From the IMG/VR virus record IMGVR_UViG_3300028196_001171: DNA of 55,066 bases; one strand, 5' to 3'. Position numbers and translations under genes: made by a program. The notes under the pieces are model-generated. The model was not told where the DNA came from, did not search any database, and saw nothing but the letters and a program-made list of their open reading frames with translations. This document shows, piece by piece, positions 38,891 through 45,644 of the stretch (its first letter is position 1; the number at the start of each line of letters is the position of its first letter). This DNA is from an uncultured virus (IMG/VR IMGVR_UViG_3300028196_001171). Its lineage: Duplodnaviria > Heunggongvirae > Uroviricota > Caudoviricetes.

Positions 38891-39304
38891 ATGACAACTA
38901 AATTATTCATAGTGAGCATAACAGCATTTTGTACGTATTTATGTACGTACTTTTTTGATTTATCAATGGAAAACATGGAACAATACTTAGCTGTTTGTTC
39001 AGTATTATGGTTAGATGGTATATTTGGAGTTTGGGCAGGCTGTAAAAGAGAAGGGTTTAAAACATATAAAGCTCTAAGAATAACAAAAAATACTTTTACA
39101 TGGTTAGCCATCCTGACCGTTATTCTTATGATAGAAAAAGGTTTTGCAGGTACAGGTTGGCTATCCGAGGTAATTATAGTTCCCTTTATGGTACTTCAAA
39201 TTATAAGTGCACTAAAGAATGCTTCTATGGCTGGGCTGATAAAAACAGATGAGCTTAATAAAATCCTAGATAGAATTGATAACCACAAAGGACCTAGAAA
39301 ATAG
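38891..39304 (+). CDS. Holin-like membrane protein (phage holin 4-like)
   Basis: 137 aa with 3-4 hydrophobic segments; D-G-I-F-G-V-W and S-A-L-K-N motifs. Confidence 0.65.
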   Translation: MTTKLFIVSITAFCTYLCTYFFDLSMENMEQYLAVCSVLWLDGIFGVWAGCKREGFKTYKALRITKNTFTWLAILTVILMIEKGFAGTGWLSEVIIVPFMVLQIISALKNASMAGLIKTDELNKILDRIDNHKGPRK

Positions 39305-39488
39305 AGTCCTTTTTTAATGAGTCAATATATTTAGCTCTATCATATGCATCTTGTATTGAGTCTTGCTTAGTATAAATAATAAGCTCTCCTTCATCTACAT
39401 ACCAGTCTAGTACATCCGGATCCTTATCAGGGTTATACTGTGGCTTGCAACCTAGGCAAACCAACAGTAATAATAACCTAACCTTCAC
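39294..39488 (-). CDS. Small lipoprotein
   Basis: MKVRLLLLLVCLG|C signal peptide with lipobox; overlaps the nrdA stop. Confidence 0.55.
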   Translation of the reverse strand: MKVRLLLLLVCLGCKPQYNPDKDPDVLDWYVDEGELIIYTKQDSIQDAYDRAKYIDSLKKDSIF

Positions 39489-41103
39489 AACTACTACATT
39501 CTAAAATGTTTCTTGCAAAGTCTTGTGCACTGCTTTTACTAAATTGATAGTATAAAGTTTTCACACCTTCTTCCCAAGCATACATATATAACTTATTAAT
39601 ATCCTTAGCTGAGACAGATGGATCTATCATCAAGTTTAATGACTGTGACTGATCAATATACTTTTGTCTTTGTGCCGCCTGGAGTACAAGCTCTTTTGGA
39701 GATATCTCAACAAAAGACTTGAACACTGCTTTAGTAGGAAAATCTAAGTGTTGTACACTACCATCTTTCTTTAGGATAGATTTCCAAGTCTTGTCTGTAT
39801 TTAGACCATACTTCTCAAGTTCCTCTTCTAAAAATGGGTTCTTGTAAATAGTCTTAGACTTAGCAAGGTCCTTAATAAAGTAGTTAGACTTAATAGGTTC
39901 TATACCCATAGACACAGCACCGTGTATAAATGAACTAGACTTAGTAGGAGCAATGGCCATAAGAGTAGTGTTAGCATACCCTTCTCTAAGAGATGTGTAT
40001 CCATACACATTATGCAACTCTCTAGAAGCAATCTCACTTCTATCTTTAAGTGTTCTAAAGATCTCACTGTTTAATCCTTTAGCTTGTAATGAGTCAAACT
40101 CAAGAAGCTTAGATTGAAACAAAGAGTGGTATCCCAATACACCAAGACCAATTGCTCTATGCTTCTCAGCAAAGTTAAACGCTCTCTTCATACCCGGCAT
40201 AGTCTCAGACTTAATAATGAATTCATCCATTACTGCGTTTAAGAAATATACATATGTTTCAATTGCATCCGTTTCTTTTATAAGGTCCCAGTGTAATAAG
40301 TTAATAGAACCAAGACAACATACAAAAGAGTTATAACTATCAGTAGGAAGCTGGATCTCTGAACATAGATTAGATGCTGTAATCTCCATACCAAGTTCTT
40401 TATAAGGAGAATTATTGTTAGAGTTATCTTTAAACATAATATAAGGAAACCCAAACTCACTTCTGTTCTGAATGATCTTAGCCCATACTTTACGCTTGCT
40501 CTTATCACCATCTTTCATCTCTTGCATCCACTGATCAGTAACTGTAACACCATACTGTAAATTTTGTATAGGATTACCCTCTGTACCAATATCTAAGAAC
40601 TCTAAGATATCCGCATGCTCAACGGGTAGGTATACTGCACAAGCACCACGTCTGGCCTCAGACTGCTTGCAAACGTCCACTACAGTATCATAAATCTTAG
40701 CATAGTGCACTGGACCATCAGCAAAACCACCTGTAGATATTTCAGTTCCTCTTGCTCTAATGTTACCAATAAAAGCACTTGTACCTCCACCATATTTACT
40801 CATCATTCCAATTTCACGGCCTGCATTTAATATGCTATCTAAGTTATCATCAACGTTAGATCCGTAGCAGCTTATAGGTAAACCTTTTTGTTTACCAAAG
40901 TTAATCCATACAGGAGTAGACAAAGAGTAAAACCCTCTTGCCATATAATCCTCAAACTTTTCTGCAAAGCCTTTTATATTCAAATACTTTTCTGCTTTAA
41001 TAGCAATGTCTTTGATTCTTTGTTCAGGGCTTTCTGATATATACCCTCTTGATAAAAATGTGCGGCTGTCTTCATTCAGCCAGTAGTACTTATTATATTC
41101 CAT
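39478..41103 (-). CDS. nrdA: Ribonucleotide reductase class I alpha subunit (no ATP cone)
   Basis: PISC, SKYGGG, SNLCSEI, APTKSSS, TLYY and C-terminal CSSCEG motifs. Confidence 0.95.
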   Translation of the reverse strand: MEYNKYYWLNEDSRTFLSRGYISESPEQRIKDIAIKAEKYLNIKGFAEKFEDYMARGFYSLSTPVWINFGKQKGLPISCYGSNVDDNLDSILNAGREIGMMSKYGGGTSAFIGNIRARGTEISTGGFADGPVHYAKIYDTVVDVCKQSEARRGACAVYLPVEHADILEFLDIGTEGNPIQNLQYGVTVTDQWMQEMKDGDKSKRKVWAKIIQNRSEFGFPYIMFKDNSNNNSPYKELGMEITASNLCSEIQLPTDSYNSFVCCLGSINLLHWDLIKETDAIETYVYFLNAVMDEFIIKSETMPGMKRAFNFAEKHRAIGLGVLGYHSLFQSKLLEFDSLQAKGLNSEIFRTLKDRSEIASRELHNVYGYTSLREGYANTTLMAIAPTKSSSFIHGAVSMGIEPIKSNYFIKDLAKSKTIYKNPFLEEELEKYGLNTDKTWKSILKKDGSVQHLDFPTKAVFKSFVEISPKELVLQAAQRQKYIDQSQSLNLMIDPSVSAKDINKLYMYAWEEGVKTLYYQFSKSSAQDFARNILECSSCEG

Positions 41104-41114
41104 TGGTTTTGTTT

Positions 41115-42095
41115 TTAAAATAAATCATCAACTGTGATGCTCTTACTTTTCTTGTTATAGTCAACACTCTTCTTGTAAAAGAAGTCTCCTTCTTTGGTGC
41201 CTGTTATTTCTATGTCAAACCATTCTACTGATTTTAATAGTTCTTCATCTACCTCAAAAATAGATTTCATACCTATCTTTTCTAAAGAGTTATTGAATCT
41301 GTTTTTTATAAAGTGTTGTATTGTATTCTGGGGTAAGAAGCTAAGCTCACCTTTCTCAAAGATCCAATCAAGTATACCACACTCTGCTCTATATGCTTTT
41401 CTACATGCTGAATCAATCAGATCTTCAAACTCTTGGTCAAACCATTCTGGATTTTCTCTTTTGATTATATTAATAATCTCAGCACCAAAGTTACCGTGTA
41501 TCTCTTCTTCCTTACTAGTAGCCTCAACAACATTAGATATACCTTTAAGTACATTCTTTTCTTTGTTAAAGCTCATCATAATTAAGAACTGACTAAACAA
41601 ACTTACGTGCTCTATAAATAAAGAGAATAGCAATACAGACTTAGTATACATCTTATTGTCTCTAGAACGTGTACCATCTAGGTACTTTTTTAAGTACTTA
41701 AGTCTACCCTCTATTGCAGGTACCTCAACTACTGATTGAAATTCTTTTTCTAATCCTAGTATTCTAAGCAGTCTGGCGTAGGCATCTTTATGTCTTACTT
41801 CTGACTCAGCAAAAGTAAAGCCTACATCACCCACTTCTGTGATTGGCATTCTCTTATAAAGATCTCCCCAAAAGGTTTTAACATTAACTTCTATTTGTGC
41901 AATAGCAAGCATTGTTTTTTTAATGACATCTTTTTCTCCATTTGATATAGTGACTTTAAAGTCTTGTATGTCTTCTGTAAAGTTGAATTCTGTATCAATC
42001 CAGTAGGAGTGTCTAATTGCATCTTTGTATGCTAATAGTTGTGGATATTCATAAGGCAATATGTTTACTCTGGGCTTAAAGATGTCTTTGTTCAT
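41115..42095 (-). CDS. nrdB: Ribonucleotide reductase class I beta subunit (NrdBi/class Id-like)
   Basis: AIAQIEVNVK, ESEVRH..AY, EHVSLFSQF, EEEIH and DFF...VDY motifs. Confidence 0.95.
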   Translation of the reverse strand: MNKDIFKPRVNILPYEYPQLLAYKDAIRHSYWIDTEFNFTEDIQDFKVTISNGEKDVIKKTMLAIAQIEVNVKTFWGDLYKRMPITEVGDVGFTFAESEVRHKDAYARLLRILGLEKEFQSVVEVPAIEGRLKYLKKYLDGTRSRDNKMYTKSVLLFSLFIEHVSLFSQFLIMMSFNKEKNVLKGISNVVEATSKEEEIHGNFGAEIINIIKRENPEWFDQEFEDLIDSACRKAYRAECGILDWIFEKGELSFLPQNTIQHFIKNRFNNSLEKIGMKSIFEVDEELLKSVEWFDIEITGTKEGDFFYKKSVDYNKKSKSITVDDLF

Positions 42096-42115
42096 TGTAT
42101 AATTTATTAAGGATT

Positions 42116-42148
42116 AAAAAGCTGCACCCCTCTTTGGAAGAATGCAGC
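42116..42148 (-). terminator. Intrinsic terminator-like hairpin upstream of nrdB
   Basis: The minus strand reads GCTGCATTCTTC-CAAA-GAGGGGTGCAGC-TTTTT: a 12-bp stem with GU pairs followed by a U tract. Confidence 0.6.
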
Positions 42149-42194
42149 TGTTAGATAGATATAATTTAAAAAAAAATTGTCTTATATGAAAGGA

Positions 42195-42383
42195 TTATAA
42201 CCTAATATTCACAAAAGATAATGTTAAAAATATAAGACCTATCTCTAAACCGTTGACCCAACGGTATTTATCATCATCACATAAAACTTCACAGTTTACA
42301 GTTTTAAAACCAAGCAGTGTTTCTGTTGGTAAAAACTCAATGTTAAATCTATTTTTAAATACTAAAGGATTTACTTTACTCAT
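42195..42383 (-). CDS. Hypothetical protein
   Basis: 62-aa ORF with an AT-rich start context, co-oriented with nrdB. Confidence 0.55.
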   Translation of the reverse strand: MSKVNPLVFKNRFNIEFLPTETLLGFKTVNCEVLCDDDKYRWVNGLEIGLIFLTLSFVNIRL

Positions 42384-42414
42384 AAAATATTAATTAAAGG
42401 TTTTTGTCAGAATT

Positions 42415-42509
42415 TTTGTATATTACTTATATAGTTATCTACCTGACTGTAGACAAATATACCAATATATTTGATTAGGTTAATCAAAATTTGTATATTA
42501 TTAGTATAG
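42415..42509 (+). promoter_or_regulatory. Tandem putative late promoters (TTTGTATATTA..TATAG, two copies 75 nt apart) in a divergent intergenic region
   Basis: TTTGTATATTACTTATATAG at 42415-42434 and TTTGTATATTATTAGTATAG at 42490-42509. Confidence 0.55.
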
Positions 42510-42528
42510 TACTTTAAAATTAAATACG

Positions 42529-42693
42529 ATGATTAAAAAAATATTACATGTGTTATGGACTTTTAGCTTACAAGACTATTGGAAATGGGTTTGGTCTAAA
42601 ACAGAAGTTGATGAAAAAGTTATTGCGGGTGCTAAAGAAACCAAGAAAAGAACTAAAGCTGTAGTCAAAGCTATTAAAGGAAAAAAGAAATAG
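42529..42693 (+). CDS. Small basic Trp-rich protein (54 aa, not in ORF track)
   Basis: MIKKILHVLWTFSLQDYWKWVWSKTEVDEK...KGKKK*; first gene after the promoter motif. Confidence 0.6.
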   Translation: MIKKILHVLWTFSLQDYWKWVWSKTEVDEKVIAGAKETKKRTKAVVKAIKGKKK

Positions 42694-42795
42694 ATGAGAC
42701 AAGTATGTTTATTAATACAATGGTTGTCAAGGGGTAAAATATGCTTAGGGCACTGCCGTCAAGGTCTTTGTAAAAAAACTAAAAGTAAGATATAA
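42694..42795 (+). CDS. Small Cys-rich peptide (33 aa, not in ORF track)
   Basis: MRQVCLLIQWLSRGKICLGHCRQGLCKKTKSKI*; TAG-ATG junction upstream and TAATG junction downstream. Confidence 0.5.
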   Translation: MRQVCLLIQWLSRGKICLGHCRQGLCKKTKSKI

Positions 42796-42944
42796 TGGGA
42801 GATTGGGAACTAGAGATAGCGTTTCATTGGCCACATGATAGACTAGCTTTAGGCTGGGAAATAATGAGACCTGATGAAACATATAACTATACTACAGTAA
42901 AAGCTTATTTACTTATTTGCACATTAACGTTAGATGTATCATGA
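42795..42944 (+). CDS. Small protein (49 aa, not in ORF track)
   Basis: MGDWELEIAFHWPHDRLALGWE...LTLDVS*; TAATG and ATGA overlaps. Confidence 0.6.
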   Translation: MGDWELEIAFHWPHDRLALGWEIMRPDETYNYTTVKAYLLICTLTLDVS

Positions 42945-43174
42945 AATATAAAAAGAAAGGTGGAGGACTTAATCCTCAAAAAGTAACAAGACAGAAATCA
43001 AAACTATTATGTAGAATGGCTAATGGCGGAGAATCTGCATTAGATAATATTATGCTTAGTTCAATGGAGCAAAAGATGACTAAAGGTGGAGACGCTAAAA
43101 GAGTAGTATCAAAAGCTGATGGAACTGAAAAATTGCAATCTTATAAACGAGGTGGTTGGACCCACTCAGGATAA
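42941..43174 (+). CDS. Small basic protein with four xxGG motifs
   Basis: Start revised to the ATGA overlap at 42941. Contains KKGG, MANGGE, MTKGGD and YKRGG. Confidence 0.65.
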   Translation: MKYKKKGGGLNPQKVTRQKSKLLCRMANGGESALDNIMLSSMEQKMTKGGDAKRVVSKADGTEKLQSYKRGGWTHSG

Positions 43175-43180
43175 CACTAT

Positions 43181-44374
43181 ATGAACATTTTAACAGACAT
43201 ATTAAGTTTAATTAGACAAAACAAGTTCTCTAAAGTTGCTGAAAGAGATGATGTTCTTGTATTAGGTAAATGGAATGAACAACCCGATATGACTGGTGTT
43301 GCATCCCCTATACCTTATAAATCAGTTAAGCTAATCAAAATAAAAGATTTTAAAGTAGAAGGAACTAAGTGTGACTATAAGAACACACCGGAAAAACCTT
43401 CTGGAGATATTGCTACAGTATATCAGAAGACAGAGACTGATCCAGTAACAGGAGAATGTACTGTATATTTCCGCACATTAAAATCTATGAGTCCTAATCT
43501 AACTTTGGCTGAGTCAGCTGATAATGATTATGTAGAAATTGATACAATAGGAGAACCTAATTTAGCAGCTAATGTAGGTACAGGCTTTGGATTATGGAAA
43601 AACAAAGTTGGTGAAACACTTAATTTTAAATCTATAATAGCTGGAAATAATATTACTATAGCAGAAACACCTGATCAAATTACTATTAATGCTACAAGCT
43701 CAGGTGGTGTGACTTATACCCTTTCAAGTGCAGGTCAATCAACTGGAGGACCTCAACATGTAAACTTAAAGCTTGATGGTTCAGATGGATCATTAAGCAA
43801 TGTAAAGCTTTTTGCAGGAACTAATGTATCAATATCAGATAATGGCTCAAATGAAGTAACAATATCTTCTAGTGGTGGTATGACTACCTTTAATGTATAT
43901 GATGAAAATCCAGGTGGAGCAGGTCCAGGTTTTTCTGTATCTGAATCAGATAATGTTTTAATGTGGGGACGTAATGGTATAGAAGTTATAACCGGTGTTC
44001 CTTTGGGTTCAACAGCTAATCCTAAGTCTGTGGCTATGGGATTATCTCATTACTATGAGGCATATGTATCTCAAGTAACTCAGCTAGGTAACAGTGCACC
44101 TACAGAGAATGTCATTTATAATGATACAGGAAGAACTTTATCATGGTCAAGACCTAGCGTTGGACGCTATACTGCAACTTGGTCAACATCAGTTGATCCA
44201 AGTAAAGTGACTATAAACATTGCACAAGTATTTAAAAATCATCCAAACATTGCTAATATTATTAATGTAAGTGGGAATGGTTTTACTATCACTACTAATT
44301 TAGTTGTAAACGCAGCTATAGCAGATGATAGTATTTTACTTGATACACCATTAGAAATAAGAATTTACCCTTAA
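43181..44374 (+). CDS. Virion fibre/decoration protein
   Basis: 397 aa, with AGNNITI/AGTNVSI fibre-type repeats. N- and C-terminal motifs are shared with the 45645 gene. Confidence 0.6.
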   Translation: MNILTDILSLIRQNKFSKVAERDDVLVLGKWNEQPDMTGVASPIPYKSVKLIKIKDFKVEGTKCDYKNTPEKPSGDIATVYQKTETDPVTGECTVYFRTLKSMSPNLTLAESADNDYVEIDTIGEPNLAANVGTGFGLWKNKVGETLNFKSIIAGNNITIAETPDQITINATSSGGVTYTLSSAGQSTGGPQHVNLKLDGSDGSLSNVKLFAGTNVSISDNGSNEVTISSSGGMTTFNVYDENPGGAGPGFSVSESDNVLMWGRNGIEVITGVPLGSTANPKSVAMGLSHYYEAYVSQVTQLGNSAPTENVIYNDTGRTLSWSRPSVGRYTATWSTSVDPSKVTINIAQVFKNHPNIANIINVSGNGFTITTNLVVNAAIADDSILLDTPLEIRIYP

Positions 44375-44383
44375 ACTAAAAAG

Positions 44384-44851
44384 ATGAGTGATAAAAAACC
44401 TAAAAAGAAATTTAAAGATACTAAAGTAGGACAGTTCCTTACAAAGAAAGTTCCTAGTATACTTGGTCTTGCCGGGGAGTTACTTCCTGATGCAGGTGTT
44501 TTAGGTATGGTTAAATCTTTAATAGAAAAAGAACCAGCTTTATCTCCAGTAGATAAAGAGCATGCATTAAAACTACTTGAACAAGATATGGTAGAGATGC
44601 AAGAAGTAAGTAAGCGTTGGGTCAGTGATATGAGTTCTGATTCTTGGCTTAGTAAGAATACAAGACCAATGACCTTGATATTTTTAACCATGTCAATGGT
44701 AATATTTATGTTATTGGACAGCTCTGATATTGACTTTGAAGTAGACTCAGTATGGGTAGACTTATTAAAGTCATTATTAATAACAGTTTATGTAGCATAT
44801 TTTGGTTCTAGAGGAGCTGAAAAATTTAAAGCAATAAGTAATAAAAATTAA
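44384..44851 (+). CDS. Holin (3TM, GTA-holin-like)
   Basis: RWVSDMSSDSWLSKNTRP, hydrophobic helices and AYFGSRGAEK. Confidence 0.75.
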   Translation: MSDKKPKKKFKDTKVGQFLTKKVPSILGLAGELLPDAGVLGMVKSLIEKEPALSPVDKEHALKLLEQDMVEMQEVSKRWVSDMSSDSWLSKNTRPMTLIFLTMSMVIFMLLDSSDIDFEVDSVWVDLLKSLLITVYVAYFGSRGAEKFKAISNKN

Positions 44852-44863
44852 AAAATATAAATT

Positions 44864-45049
44864 ATGGGTAATGGAAAAAAAGGTGGACAAGCATTATTTA
44901 ATGCTTTAAAAGCTAAAGGATACAAACAAAAAGGTGGTGAAGAAACAGCAGCCAAAGCAAGAATGACTTCATATGCTGATGGTGGAGGACTTATGGGTTA
45001 TGCAAAAAGAGGTGGTTGTGTTTTAACAGGTCTTAAAAAAGGAAAATAA
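44864..45049 (+). CDS. Small basic protein with four xxGG motifs
   Basis: KKGG, KQKGGE, YADGGG and AKRGG within 61 aa. Confidence 0.65.
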   Translation: MGNGKKGGQALFNALKAKGYKQKGGEETAAKARMTSYADGGGLMGYAKRGGCVLTGLKKGK

Positions 45050-45051
45050 TC

Positions 45052-45279
45052 ATGGCAAAAAAAATATCATTCCCAGAGGGAAACGGAAAAATAGAAAATG
45101 GATATTATGATCCAACATCTATACCAGCAAGAATTCAGGCTAAAAAAAATGCAACTGCTACGGCAACTAGAATGCGTTTAGCGGCACAAGGTGTTGAAAT
45201 AAAAAGATCATCTACAAAAGCTTCTGAGCCAGTTCAATCAGCTGCATTTAAAAACGGCTATAGAAAAGGAAAAAAATAA
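45052..45279 (+). CDS. Small basic protein
   Basis: 75 aa, Lys/Ala-rich, tightly packed in the operon. Confidence 0.6.
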   Translation: MAKKISFPEGNGKIENGYYDPTSIPARIQAKKNATATATRMRLAAQGVEIKRSSTKASEPVQSAAFKNGYRKGKK

Positions 45280-45289
45280 ATTAAATACT

Positions 45290-45634
45290 ATGGCAATATT
45301 AACAGCACAACAGATAAGTCAATCAGGCTTACAACCCACATCAGTCATACCTGATCCTAAAGGAGATACTTTAGCAAATACAGGTAAAGAATTTTTTTAT
45401 GTGCAAAACAATAGTGGTGACTCAATTACTGCAACAGTTATACCTGTTGTAACTACAGTTATTGATCCATTATTAGGTACTTTGACAAAAGAAAATGCTA
45501 TATTAGCAATAGCTAATGGTGAGACAGGGTTTTTAGGTCCTTTTGAAGTTGACGCTTTTAATGATGTTGATGGTAACATAACAATAACATGTTCACTTCA
45601 GGTAGGTGTAAAACTATCTGCAGTGTACTTATAA
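45290..45634 (+). CDS. Small beta-rich putative virion protein
   Basis: 114 aa; GDTLANTGKEFFYVQN and GPF...FND pattern seen in phage structural modules. Confidence 0.55.
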   Translation: MAILTAQQISQSGLQPTSVIPDPKGDTLANTGKEFFYVQNNSGDSITATVIPVVTTVIDPLLGTLTKENAILAIANGETGFLGPFEVDAFNDVDGNITITCSLQVGVKLSAVYL

Positions 45635-45644
45635 ACAAAAAACA

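Noticed and set aside
19037..42095. Introns or inteins in the RNAP or RNR genes
   Set aside because: The frames are continuous, the RNR subunits are compact, and no intein termini or LAGLIDADG/HNH motifs were recognised.
42411..42510. Mini-CRISPR array from two approximately 25-nt repeats 75 nt apart
   Set aside because: Only two imperfect AT-rich copies, and the same motif occurs singly before other genes, so a promoter is the better explanation.
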